In this document: positions 48,947 to 58,360 of the stretch, in pieces
How positions within the stretch are numbered: position 1 is the stretch's first letter
Layout of the letters: each line of letters starts with the position of its first letter
Assembly: GCA_963837955.1 (NCBI GenBank)
Contig: CAWIPH010000002.1
Location: 4,320,001 to 4,384,000, forward strand
From: an uncultured Verrucomicrobiae bacterium
GTDB lineage: Bacteria > Verrucomicrobiota > Verrucomicrobiia > Chthoniobacterales > JAFAMB01
Direction of reading: 5' to 3'
Length of the DNA: 64,000 nucleotides
Made by a program: the position numbers and the translations under genes
The notes under the pieces: model-generated
What the model was told of the DNA's origin: nothing
Seen by the model: the letters and a program-made list of their open reading frames with translations, nothing else
The model's database searches: none

Positions 48947-49101
48947 TCGTCCTCGTCGTCGTGCTCGTCCTCGAAAGAAAGGACGCTAGATGGATAAAGC
49001 GGTAGAGGCTTTTGACCACCAAAGAAGAACTTTCTTGGACAAGATCAACATCGGCGCTCCGCAATACCTGTTCGCCCGCACAGTCTATCGAGAACGAGGA
49101 C
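48947..49101. repeat. Hexamer-periodic (CTCGTC-type) inverted-repeat element in the gap between the two permeases
   Basis: TCGTCCTCGTCGTCGTGCTCGTCCTCGAAA (48947-48976) with an inverted partner TCGAGAACGAGGAC (49088-49101). A related pair lies at 57043-57143. Confidence 0.65.
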
Positions 49102-49237
49102 AGCCTGCCCGCCAGAGTCCCGCCGACAAGTGCAATGCAAAACAACAATGCGTCCGCGAGACGACGGCGGGACCGCGAAGAGGCCTCGAGGTTTCGGCCG
49201 TACCGCGTGGTATCTGTGTGATAAATAGATTCCATCT

Positions 49238-50203
49238 CTAAGCAACTCCGGCGGCACGTTGTTGAGCTCTTCTCCAAAAGCCTATCAGGACAAAGCTTAC
49301 CAGATAAACCAAGACCCAGAGAAACAGCATCATCGGAATCGCCTCCGCCAAACCGTAGAATGGAAAGGCTCGATTATACGCCTGGAGCGAAAGGCTCATG
49401 GTAGAATCTCCCGGACCACCTTCGGTCAATGCAAAAATAATGCTGAATTCCTGAAGCGATAACATCAGCCGGAACACCAAGGTGATCAGCAGCACTGGTG
49501 TTAGCATCGGCAAGGTTAGGTTCTTAAAGACGAACCAAGGTGAACCACCATCGATAAGTGCTGCTTCATACGGGGACCTCGGCAACGACCTAAGGCCGGC
49601 TAGAATCAGGATGATGACGAAAGGCGTATAAACCCAGGCGTCTACCACAACCAAAGAAAACATGGCTGTGTCGGGTGAAGCGCCCCACTTGAAATCTCCC
49701 AAGCCAAGCATCTCCATCGGCTGCCGAAGAATTCCGACAGAAGGGTTCGTCATCAATTTCCAGATGAGCGTGCCGATAACCGGCGCAATCATCAGCGGAA
49801 AAATGAGTACGATCCGCAGAAACTTGGAAAGGAAGTTTTCGTCATTGAGCAGAAGCGCGACGCCAACGCCGAGCAACATTTCGACGGCAGTGCAGAAAAA
49901 AGCGTATTGAATGGTAATCCAGAGTGAATGCCAGAAGTCGGCACTCTGGAACATGGTCGCGTAATTATCGAAACCGATCAGCGAGAATTCGCTGTTGTTG
50001 AGACTATAATCTGTAAAGGAAAGATAGATCGCCGCAACAAACGGGACCAAAATGCCAAGGGTCAGAATCAGGGTCGGCGCCAGGACCAAATAAGGGCGAA
50101 ACCTACGTCTTCGGGCGTACGCAGCGGCTCCGGTCGAATGGCTTGTATCTTGCGGTGGCTGTCCTGTCGGACGGCTTGGGGTGGAGGCAACGGTGGTACT
50201 CAT
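49238..50203 (-). CDS. Carbohydrate ABC transporter permease (MalF-like)
   Basis: Motif W..TPF...L.LAGL.SLP...YEAA.IDG. Confidence 0.92.
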   Translation of the reverse strand: MSTTVASTPSRPTGQPPQDTSHSTGAAAYARRRRFRPYLVLAPTLILTLGILVPFVAAIYLSFTDYSLNNSEFSLIGFDNYATMFQSADFWHSLWITIQYAFFCTAVEMLLGVGVALLLNDENFLSKFLRIVLIFPLMIAPVIGTLIWKLMTNPSVGILRQPMEMLGLGDFKWGASPDTAMFSLVVVDAWVYTPFVIILILAGLRSLPRSPYEAALIDGGSPWFVFKNLTLPMLTPVLLITLVFRLMLSLQEFSIIFALTEGGPGDSTMSLSLQAYNRAFPFYGLAEAIPMMLFLWVLVYLVSFVLIGFWRRAQQRAAGVA

Positions 50204-50323
50204 CCGCGAAAATTCATAGCTTTGTCACGTATCGCATTCGGATATGTTTCTCGTTTCCTCCTGACGCGAGCCCAAATCTCGCTCCGACCTCGTTTTGAGT
50301 AAAATCTTTTGCCTAATACCGAA

Positions 50324-50354
50324 GAGCGCTGGGTCCCAGATAGATCCAGCGCTC
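50324..50354 (-). terminator. Intra-operon stem-loop after the binding-protein gene (stabiliser or partial terminator)
   Basis: GAGCGCTGG...CCAGCGCTC stem 13 bp downstream of the SBP stop codon. Confidence 0.55.
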
Positions 50355-50366
50355 GGCAGAGCAAAA

Positions 50367-51776
50367 CTACTGAGTCGCTGCTGTCTTTTGTGGCTGATCG
50401 AGCTTCAGCTTAGATGTTTTCGCAGTAATTCGTTTGGCCAGGTCCGTCATGGCCGACTTTGGATCAGCGCCAGATAGCACAATCTTCTGCAGCGTCGCGG
50501 CCCATTCTGTCGTGGACTCAGAGAAGTAGGGCTGCGGCGTGAACTTGACGCTCGTATTCGCAATGATCGTATTAAACGTATCAAGGTAGCCCGGCATCTT
50601 TGCCATCACGGCCTGGAAATCGGTATTATCCCAGATCGATTTGCGAGGTGGATCAACTACGCTGGCGTTGATAGCCGCCCAAGTTCCGTGCTCTTTTCCC
50701 GTAAAATATTGTACGAAAAGCCAGGCTGCCTTCTTGCTCTTCGACGACTTGTTGATGGCGACTTGCCAGATCCATTCGTTGGCTCCCACCGGGTCCCCTT
50801 CCTTCATCACAGGAGGTGGCGAGTAAGCGATGTTGCCGGCCTGGGCTGAACCGCCCGGGACATTCTGGAAGTAGCCGAGGATATCCGCGTCGAATAGAAT
50901 CGCAGCTTTGCCCGCGCCAAAGTCGGCTCCGCATTGATACCAGGTATAATTCGACCAGGCTGGTGGACCCGCGTCCTTGACCAGTTGCGCCCAGAGCTTG
51001 GTGACTTCAACTGATTTTGGTTCGGCTAAGTCGGAGACCAACTTTCCATCTTTGATTTCGAAATCCTTGGCTCCGGCGTTAGTGAACGTAGTCATGTAGC
51101 CAGGGTGGATGGTCGCCCAGTTTCGCGTGCCGCGGACAGCGACTCCGTATGAGCCTGTACCCGCCCAGCCTTTGAGCCCCTTCGCCAGTTTATAGAGTTC
51201 ATCGAATGTCTTTGGCGGTTTCAGTCCTTTCTCGTCGAAGTATTTTTTGTTGTAAGCAATAATATTCGTCTCAAAGCCGAGCGGGAGTGCCCATTGACTA
51301 CCCGTGCCGGTGGGATGACCGGGGACGAGGTCCCATTTACCGCCGTTACGAACGCCCTCAAAGATATCTGTGTAATCATAACCGGGGTTAGTCTGGCCCG
51401 GATCCTTCAAGTACCCATCGAGGGGCTCCATGTAACCAGCTGTGGCGTAATCCCAAAGCTGGTAGGTTCCGGTCATGAACACGTCCGGGGTGCCATTTTT
51501 CGAGGCGAGCGCGGCAGTCAGCTTGTCGAAATAATTTTCCTCGGGAGTTTCCGAGGTTTCGACATCGATACCGGTCAGGTCCTTGAATTCCTGCAGCCGT
51601 TTAATAATGGCGTCAGCGTAAGGATGCTTATTAAGCATCACGACTAACTTGGTTCCGGACGCTTGTTTCCAATCGAAGTTAGTTTGGGCTCTAACGCCGC
51701 CCAGGGAAAGGAGCGCCAGGGTAACCACTACCGCCGATCGTACGATCAACGGAATCTTGGGGGAACGATCTTTCAT
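50367..51776 (-). CDS. Sugar/polyol ABC transporter substrate-binding protein
   Basis: Signal peptide, FDWKQASGT...V.LN.HPY, F..LTGI.V and AAWLF.QY.TGKE. Start placed at ATG 51776 (the track uses 51842). Confidence 0.9.
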   Translation of the reverse strand: MKDRSPKIPLIVRSAVVVTLALLSLGGVRAQTNFDWKQASGTKLVVMLNKHPYADAIIKRLQEFKDLTGIDVETSETPEENYFDKLTAALASKNGTPDVFMTGTYQLWDYATAGYMEPLDGYLKDPGQTNPGYDYTDIFEGVRNGGKWDLVPGHPTGTGSQWALPLGFETNIIAYNKKYFDEKGLKPPKTFDELYKLAKGLKGWAGTGSYGVAVRGTRNWATIHPGYMTTFTNAGAKDFEIKDGKLVSDLAEPKSVEVTKLWAQLVKDAGPPAWSNYTWYQCGADFGAGKAAILFDADILGYFQNVPGGSAQAGNIAYSPPPVMKEGDPVGANEWIWQVAINKSSKSKKAAWLFVQYFTGKEHGTWAAINASVVDPPRKSIWDNTDFQAVMAKMPGYLDTFNTIIANTSVKFTPQPYFSESTTEWAATLQKIVLSGADPKSAMTDLAKRITAKTSKLKLDQPQKTAATQ

Positions 51777-51891
51777 ATGATTCTGAAGTAATTTGCTCTG
51801 GGGATTCAGCCCCAAAAACCGCGATCTGATTTGGGGTTTCATCCCCGAACCAGTATTCCCGGCAGATTAAACAGTTCGGATCGTCACGCAA

Positions 51892-51924
51892 GAACTTTTG
51901 TGCAGTGCTATGAACTTTTGTACA
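51892..51924. promoter_or_regulatory. Tandem operator candidate for the SorC-family regulator
   Basis: GAACTTTTGTGCA (51892-51904) and GAACTTTTGTACA (51912-51924), 20-bp period, located between the divergent SBP and regulator genes. Confidence 0.65.
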
Positions 51925-52080
51925 CATAGCCGGAATAAAATTACTGTTACCTGAGGGCCTGGCGCGCGAGCCGTTGATGAGATTGTCGGAAAGCCTCACT
52001 TCTCACTCGCAAATATCTGGTGGTGCGCATAGATCTTTACAGCCGGCTTCGATTAGGCTGCCGCGCAGCGATCAAAAAAA

Positions 52081-53100
52081 ATGGACAAGCAGGTCCCCCC
52101 CAAGGCCAAAAAGAGCCGAGCAAAAAGAATCGGTAAAGCCAGGCGACCAATGTTTCTCGACGAAACGGACGCATTAATCAAAGCCACTTGGCTCTACCAT
52201 CACCGCAACCTCACTCAGGAACAGATCGCTCAACAACTGGGCTTTTCCCGAACAACCATCGTTCGCTTGCTCCGGCAGGCCGCTGAGAAAGGATTCGTCA
52301 CTGTCTCAATGCGCACCGACGCCTTGAGTCGGGTGGAACTTTCGATGCAACTGGTCGAACGATTCGGACTTCGAGAGGCATTCATTGTGCCAACGGCAAA
52401 AGATGACACGGAAGTAGACAGCCGGCGCGCAATCGGAAAAGCCGGCGCACTATATCTCGAAGCAAACCTCAGACCGGGTCAGGTCTTTGCCGTGACCTGG
52501 GGACGTACGATGCTCGAAGTTGCTCTGGCCCTCCGCGATCATCCAATCCGTGGATTGACAGTTGCCCAAACCCTTGGAGGCTTAAACAGCGCGGGATCGT
52601 TCAGTCCATCACGCGTCACCTCTCTGTTTGCCGAGAAACTGCACGCGCGGACTTATCACCTCTACGTGCCAGCGATCGTGGGAACGAAGGAGCTGCGTAA
52701 CGTGCTGATCGCCGATCCGGGGGTTCGACTCGCCTTGGATATGGCCCGCAAGGCTTCCTGCCTGATGGTTGGTATCGGAAAGCCGGAAATTGGCGCTGCT
52801 GTCGTCGAAACCGGTTTTCTTGATAGCTCTAACCTTCGAAAATTATTAGCCCAAGGCGCGGTCGGGGACATCACCGCCCGATATTTCGACATCAACGGAA
52901 AGCGGGTCTTAGGCGAGGTAGACGACAGGGCCATCGGCCTGCTTTGGGAAGATATCGAAAGCCTGGAGAATGTGGTGGGCGTGGCCTGTGGAGCGAACAA
53001 GACCAAAGCAATCCTTGGCGCGCTTCGGACCGGACTATTGGACGTGCTTATTACAGACGATCGGACGGCAGCTGCTGTGTTGAAGGCTGCATCGAAATAA
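52081..53100 (+). CDS. SorC/DeoR(LsrR)-family sugar-binding transcriptional regulator
   Basis: HTH WLY....LTQ.QIA..LG.SR..I.RLL..A, WGRT, GAVGDI..RYFD..G and AILGALR.G..DVLITD. Confidence 0.92.
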   Translation: MDKQVPPKAKKSRAKRIGKARRPMFLDETDALIKATWLYHHRNLTQEQIAQQLGFSRTTIVRLLRQAAEKGFVTVSMRTDALSRVELSMQLVERFGLREAFIVPTAKDDTEVDSRRAIGKAGALYLEANLRPGQVFAVTWGRTMLEVALALRDHPIRGLTVAQTLGGLNSAGSFSPSRVTSLFAEKLHARTYHLYVPAIVGTKELRNVLIADPGVRLALDMARKASCLMVGIGKPEIGAAVVETGFLDSSNLRKLLAQGAVGDITARYFDINGKRVLGEVDDRAIGLLWEDIESLENVVGVACGANKTKAILGALRTGLLDVLITDDRTAAAVLKAASK

Positions 53101-53219
53101 TCCGGCGTCGTCGTTCGCGTTGGTAAAGCTCCCGCGCCGCGCATACCCGTCGATACGGAGCCGAAACGGAAGACTCAGACGAGATATGAGGTCGATGCCT
53201 GGTTCTCTGCCCCGGAGCC

Positions 53220-53331
53220 GGGGAGGGCGCGCAGCCTGTCCGACATAGCCTTTTGGATGCCTGCTGCAGAATGCTTGAGCGCGGCGTCGGATCCTCGTGC
53301 GCCGCGGATCGCGGGGACGCGATCCCTCCCC
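53220..53331. repeat. REP-like inverted repeat between convergent genes
   Basis: GGGGAGGG (53220-53227) pairs with CCCTCCCC (53324-53331); internal hairpin GGATCGCG-GGGA-CGCGATCC (53306-53325). Confidence 0.5.
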
Positions 53332-53410
53332 GCCCGGGATTTTAACCCCGGAATCGCGAAGCACGGCGCACCAAACCTGCATGCCAAGCCCATGCCCCCT
53401 GTTTCCTGTT

Positions 53411-54397
53411 TTAAATACTGGGTGGAGGAATCGCTCCTAGGACACCGACCAGACCGAACACAACGAATGTTAACGCGCTCTCGAGACAGATGTTCCGGAA
53501 AAGTCGCTTTGCTTTAGTACGATCACTTGCGGGCTGGTTCCGGTCCCTATGCCGCTGAGCCTTCAGCAACCAGCGGTTCTGGGCGCCTAAACCGATCATT
53601 ATGAGAAAGAGGATAATCTTCGCGGCAAGGATTTGGCCGTAACTCGTTGTGTACAAATCGCTGAGTCTTTTCACCATAAAGACGCTGTTCAGTACCCCGC
53701 TCGCACCGAGTAGCGCAATCGCCGCCAGGCTGATCGCGGAGAACCGTTCCAATACTGCATTGATGACCGGGAGTATCTCGCATCCTCGCGCACGCGCAGT
53801 AACAAACAACCAAACGGCCAGGGGAAGAAGGCTACCGGGCCAGATCCCGGAGATGACCAGATGCGCTACATCGGTCAATAGATGGATCGGGGCAAAGGAA
53901 CCAATCGCGGCACCGGCATGACCGGCCCATGCCAATGACCCGAGGTTGAGGCCAGCCAATCCGATCCAAAGCGTCTGCGTAACATGTGTCTTTCTCAGGC
54001 CACCGAGCAACAAACCGACCGCGAGAGTTAGACTGAGAACGCTTCGCCAAAGCCAGAGATGGCCGAATTGGGTAACACCGAGGACCTCGCGCACACTGGC
54101 GAAGTTCAACCCGGAGCCCGTAATCGAGGCGACGATAGTCAATAACCAAAGCGCTCCGGATACAGAACCCACTGACCAGCAAATCCAGGTCAGCGCGCCG
54201 AAATATTTTCGGCTCTCCGTCACCAAACGGTTTTCTAGAGAGTGCCCCCGTAAAACCGGAGTTACGTAGAAGTGCTCAAAAGCGAGCAAACTTACTAAAA
54301 GCGAGGACGAGAAAATGTGCGCCCAGCGCTCCAATACGAGAGGTACCATAAGAACCGGCTCGCGACTCCAGCCGGTAAGGCTGAAGCTGCGAATCAT
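53411..54397 (-). CDS. copD: Copper resistance/uptake inner-membrane protein CopD
   Basis: Motifs T.FGH.W..R, LAWAGHA, HL.....WPG.L, RFS.I and L.TTSYG.IL..K. True start is likely slightly downstream. Confidence 0.88.
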   Translation of the reverse strand: MIRSFSLTGWSREPVLMVPLVLERWAHIFSSSLLVSLLAFEHFYVTPVLRGHSLENRLVTESRKYFGALTWICWSVGSVSGALWLLTIVASITGSGLNFASVREVLGVTQFGHLWLWRSVLSLTLAVGLLLGGLRKTHVTQTLWIGLAGLNLGSLAWAGHAGAAIGSFAPIHLLTDVAHLVISGIWPGSLLPLAVWLFVTARARGCEILPVINAVLERFSAISLAAIALLGASGVLNSVFMVKRLSDLYTTSYGQILAAKIILFLIMIGLGAQNRWLLKAQRHRDRNQPASDRTKAKRLFRNICLESALTFVVFGLVGVLGAIPPPSI

Positions 54398-54760
54398 CTA
54401 GGGGGATATCTCGAATTCGAAGCTGCCGCTTGTAGTATGGCTGTCCACGGATACGACCTGCCACATTGCCTTATACTTGCCGGGCGCAAGAATCGGTACG
54501 GAAACAATCAGCAGCTGTCTATTTTGTGGATCGGGTTTCGCATCTCGATTATCAACCTCGATTCCTTTGCTATCGAAAACCTGAATCTTGCTGAAAGCAG
54601 GCTCCAGCGCCTCGGTAAACCAGATCTTCACGACGCTCGGCGACGAAGGTAATTTGCTACCCACCGCCGGTTCCGCGTGGTCAACAAACGCGTGCGCCCA
54701 AACCGACGGAGCAATTCCAATAAGTAACATTACTATCAATACCCTTAATGTCGTTTTCAT
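54398..54760 (-). CDS. copC: Periplasmic copper-binding protein CopC
   Basis: Signal peptide then N-terminal HA, P..V...F.E.LEP.FS.I.V and Y...W.VVSVD.H.T.G.F.F. Confidence 0.92.
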   Translation of the reverse strand: MKTTLRVLIVMLLIGIAPSVWAHAFVDHAEPAVGSKLPSSPSVVKIWFTEALEPAFSKIQVFDSKGIEVDNRDAKPDPQNRQLLIVSVPILAPGKYKAMWQVVSVDSHTTSGSFEFEISP

Positions 54761-54763
54761 CGG

Positions 54764-55735
54764 TTACGGATTGATCAGCGGCTTGCTGAAAACCTTCGGT
54801 AAAATGTCGTCCAGATAGAAGTGAAGTTGCCCGACAAATCCGACGTTGTTACCGGTATGGGAATTAATCGGAATAATGGCTTCGATGCCGAGCTGACAAT
54901 ATTGCCCCGACCAAATGATACCAGGATTCACCGTTCCAGTGGTCGGACCGGTCAACCGGTTGAGAGGTGTTTGCATAGCAAACTCAACCAACGGGATGAG
55001 GCGGTTAAACGGCGCCCGCAGACCTATGTCTTTCACGTGCCCCTCCAAGTAGATTAAACTGTACTCCAGTGCGACCCCCCACCCAAGCCTGTTAGATACC
55101 TGCTGTGCGCCACTGCCTTGACCGACACTTGAGCGCGTCGGAAAAGAGACCCCGATCTGGCCAGTCACGGCGAAAGGCCGAAGCGCCGACACGGAGTCCG
55201 GTAGGTCGCCCAGACCTTTGCCGAAAAATAGACCGGGCGTAATTGTGCTGAACCGGTCGGTGCCAATAGATGTGCGTCCGGTGCCGCCAATTTCAGCATT
55301 GACGCCGACTGACACGATCGCTTCGTGTTCAGCATTGACGAGAAACTGGTATTTACCGCCGACTTCGACGTTGTCGAACCCTGTTCGGAGGCGCGTATTC
55401 GGCGACTTCTGAAACATGTACCCATCTTTAGCCTCAATCCCAAAATTCGGAGTGAGCTTGAGAGCCACATCTGCCGACAGGTCAAACGTTTTTGTCGGCG
55501 GAGCGCCAGGCTGCCGAATTGCCTGAAAAGTTGGAAGCGATAACTCGTTGGCAACGAAAGGATCATCGGTCGAGATCGTCGCAGGAAAAAAACGATCGCC
55601 GGCGAAACCATGGGCGCTTGCCCGATGTGGCATCGTGGCGAGCGATAGCATCCCGAGAGGGACACAAAACCTTGCCAGAAAAGAGAATTTGAAATTCAAC
55701 ATAAAAATTGGTGTTGGAACGGCCAATGACCGCAC
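54764..55735 (-). CDS. Exported/outer-membrane beta-barrel-like protein with mature N-terminal His, associated with copCD
   Basis: Signal peptide ending ASA-HGFAGDRFFPAT, then alternating beta-strand patterns; first gene of the copC-copD run. Confidence 0.7.
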   Translation of the reverse strand: MRSLAVPTPIFMLNFKFSFLARFCVPLGMLSLATMPHRASAHGFAGDRFFPATISTDDPFVANELSLPTFQAIRQPGAPPTKTFDLSADVALKLTPNFGIEAKDGYMFQKSPNTRLRTGFDNVEVGGKYQFLVNAEHEAIVSVGVNAEIGGTGRTSIGTDRFSTITPGLFFGKGLGDLPDSVSALRPFAVTGQIGVSFPTRSSVGQGSGAQQVSNRLGWGVALEYSLIYLEGHVKDIGLRAPFNRLIPLVEFAMQTPLNRLTGPTTGTVNPGIIWSGQYCQLGIEAIIPINSHTGNNVGFVGQLHFYLDDILPKVFSKPLINP

Positions 55736-55972
55736 CGTGTTTAAGGAAAAGGGTTGAGAGCTAGTAACCGGAGCGCGTTGTCCAAGGATAGCGCGCGGGC
55801 AGAGGCAGAGTTCAGGTGGCTTACTCGCGGGTTCCGGTAATCGCGAACCAAACTCCGCCCTTCGCTGAGGCTCAGGAAGCTTCCGGCTTCGTCGGCCTAT
55901 AACGATGGTGCGAAGATGGAAGACGCGGAAGCGTCGTCGAATAAACCGTATGGCAACCCGTGCGCCGTCGGC

Positions 55973-56356
55973 TTAATCCGTACCTATCCGCGGAGGCGGA
56001 ATCAGTGGCTCAAGCGTGATACCCAAAAGGCTGCGTTGAAACAGCAGGTACTCCTGCCAGATGAAATCGCGCACCATTTCGAAAAGAAAACTTTGAATGA
56101 TACAATCCTTTTTGAGTTCCAACTGCAACGCGGGCGCCTTCTTCTCTTCCTGTTTACGCCCATCCTGCACCGCACAACAGATCGGACAGGGATGCTTTCC
56201 ATCGAAGGTTTTAGCAATTGCCGCAGGGACATCTCCATCCTTTACGTAGGCAACTATCATTCCCATCCAGGCGCCGGTTTGGAGAATGGCCCAATGCCCG
56301 CCTGCGAGCTGAAAAAACGCCAGGAAGGCAAGAGCTATGGCGAAACGATTGCGCAC
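55973..56356 (-). CDS. Small membrane-anchored CxxC protein with Pro-rich C-terminus (DUF2946/CruR-like leader candidate)
   Basis: N-terminal hydrophobic segment, GKHPCPICC and C-terminal EPLIPPPR; lies upstream of the copper operon on the same strand. Confidence 0.7.
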   Translation of the reverse strand: MRNRFAIALAFLAFFQLAGGHWAILQTGAWMGMIVAYVKDGDVPAAIAKTFDGKHPCPICCAVQDGRKQEEKKAPALQLELKKDCIIQSFLFEMVRDFIWQEYLLFQRSLLGITLEPLIPPPRIGTD

Positions 56357-56639
56357 AACTGGATAGATCTCCGTCGACCGAGTGAGTCGGGCAAGCGAAA
56401 AATGGAAACGTTCAAAAACTCCGGTTGAACACGCGTACTTGGATCTCTTCCGGAGAGAGACCTCATGCCAACCGGTCCCTCAGAAGAGCAACAATATTCT
56501 GATATCGTCGTTTTTCTGCTCATAAGTGGGGCACATGCTTCCCGGTTTCCTTTGTTCAAATACGCGACGAGTGAAACCGCGTGGCCCGGGACACTTATTG
56601 TTTCGCGAATGCCGTCTTGTGAGATTACGGTCCGCTGAA

Positions 56640-57041
56640 ATGTCGAAGGACGCTTTACCAACAGCCGCTGATTACCAAAGCGAGCCGGTTCGGTATCCAG
56701 CTCTCACGGTAATAGATCTCAACGCAGAAGCTTCAGCAATCAAACAGCAATACAAGAATATCGTACTCAGCCGGGTGAATAACAGCTGCTTACGACTCGC
56801 TGTGATCCAAGGCGAATATCCTTGGCATTACCATCCACGTTCGGACGAACTCTTTCTGGTCGTGGAGGGATGTTTGTTGATTGATCTCGCCGACGGTCGT
56901 GAGCTCCGTCTCGAACCTTGGCAAAGTGTCACTATTCCGGCGAATACCGTTCACCGGACTCATGCCGATGCCCGCACAGTTAATCTCTGTTTTGAGGAAT
57001 TGGCCGCAGAAACGATTTTCCTGGAGACGCCGCCCCGATAA
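56640..57041 (+). CDS. Cupin domain protein
   Basis: Motifs GEYPWHYHP.SDELFLV.EG and TIPANTVHRT. Start placed at ATG 56640. Confidence 0.88.
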   Translation: MSKDALPTAADYQSEPVRYPALTVIDLNAEASAIKQQYKNIVLSRVNNSCLRLAVIQGEYPWHYHPRSDELFLVVEGCLLIDLADGRELRLEPWQSVTIPANTVHRTHADARTVNLCFEELAAETIFLETPPR

Positions 57042-57042
57042 T

Positions 57043-57143
57043 TTCGTCCTCGTCCTCGAAACCTCAGATCGGTGCATGTGCTATTTTTGGCGAGGATGCC
57101 CGAGTTCTTCCATCTGGTGACCTCGTGACGGAGGACGAGCACG
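57043..57143. repeat. Hexamer-periodic inverted-repeat element (same family as 48947-49101)
   Basis: TTCGTCCTCGTCCTCGAAA (57043-57061) and inverted TCGTGACGGAGGACGAGCACG (57123-57143). Confidence 0.55.
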
Positions 57144-57169
57144 CCCGGTAATCGTTTAGCTACATCACT

Positions 57170-58195
57170 ATGAATATTCCGCTCTCCGTCTTGGATTTGT
57201 CTCCGATCTCGTTTGGTCAAGGTGAAGCACGAGCGGTTCGCGACACCGTCGAGCTCGCGCAACTCGCAGAGCAGCTTGGGTACTACCGGTATTGGGTTGC
57301 TGAACACCACAATATTCCGAGCGTCGCCAGTACTGCCCCGGAAATCATGATTGGACAGATCGCCGCGCGGACCTCGCGAATGCGGGTCGGTTCCGGCGGG
57401 ATAATGCTTCCCAACCACGCGCCGCTGCGCGTGGCCGAAACGTTTCATGTCTTGGAAGCACTCTATCCCGGTCGCATCGATCTCGGGATCGGTCGTGCGC
57501 CGGGCACAGATCAGCGAACGGCGCTAGCGCTGCGACGGAGCAAAGACAGGCTGGGAGCAGCCGATTTTCCGGCTCAACTCTCCGAACTTATCGGTCTCAG
57601 CAGTGGACAACTACCGGAGAGCCATCCCTTCGCTGGCATCCAAGTAATTCCAAGCGATGTTCCCCTGCCACCGATTTGGATACTGGGATCGACTGAAGAC
57701 GGTGCGGCCATAGCTGCGGATTTTGGAGTTGGATTCGCGTTCGCTCACCACATCAATCCGAGCGGAGCAGAGTTGGCTCTTGATGTCTATCGATCGAGCT
57801 TTCGAGCGTCGCGCTGGCTTGATCGGCCGCGCACCATTCTGACCGCCCAAGCGATTTGTGGTGAAAGCGACAAAGAAGCAGAGAGCCTTGCATCAACCTT
57901 TGAACTGGCCTGGATCCGCTTGCGGAGTGGAAGGCCGGCGCCGCTATCGCCCCCAGAAGAAGCGTCGATTTACCCATATTCCATCGGAGAACGAGAGATG
58001 TTGAACTATGCGCGGCTTCACTATTTTGCCGGCAGCCCTGCAACCTTGCGAGAAAAGCTGTTGGAACATGTCAATCGGGTAGGAGCTGACGAACTTATGA
58101 TCACGGCGACGATTTACGGGCACGCCCAGCGGATGCATTCCTATGAATTGATCGCGAAGAGTTGGCCCCTGCCGGTAGTCGGAATTAGCGACTAA
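57170..58195 (+). CDS. LLM-class (luciferase-like) flavin-dependent oxidoreductase
   Basis: Motifs [34 protein letters not shown] and [14 protein letters not shown]. Confidence 0.92.
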   Translation: MNIPLSVLDLSPISFGQGEARAVRDTVELAQLAEQLGYYRYWVAEHHNIPSVASTAPEIMIGQIAARTSRMRVGSGGIMLPNHAPLRVAETFHVLEALYPGRIDLGIGRAPGTDQRTALALRRSKDRLGAADFPAQLSELIGLSSGQLPESHPFAGIQVIPSDVPLPPIWILGSTEDGAAIAADFGVGFAFAHHINPSGAELALDVYRSSFRASRWLDRPRTILTAQAICGESDKEAESLASTFELAWIRLRSGRPAPLSPPEEASIYPYSIGEREMLNYARLHYFAGSPATLREKLLEHVNRVGADELMITATIYGHAQRMHSYELIAKSWPLPVVGISD

Positions 58196-58360
58196 GCCTA
58201 ACAAAAGGTCACCAGGAATACACCTTGGCGAACCTGCTCTATCGGATGGTCGCCCGGACTGTCGCCCTCTACGTTTATGACAGGTCCAGTCCTCGATTTG
58301 ACGGCAAGTCGTGCGGCGGGCAGCCACACACAACGTCTGGACCTCCGAGGACAAATACAA

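Noticed and set aside
48915..49277. 120-aa minus-strand ORF between the ABC permeases
   Set aside because: It overlaps the upstream permease, and its C-terminus is translated repeat (RTSTTTRT). It is better explained as a non-coding repeat insert, though a small gene cannot be excluded.
55916..56428. 170-aa plus-strand ORF
   Set aside because: It is the antisense shadow of the CxxC leader-like gene, which has the more protein-like features and operon orientation.
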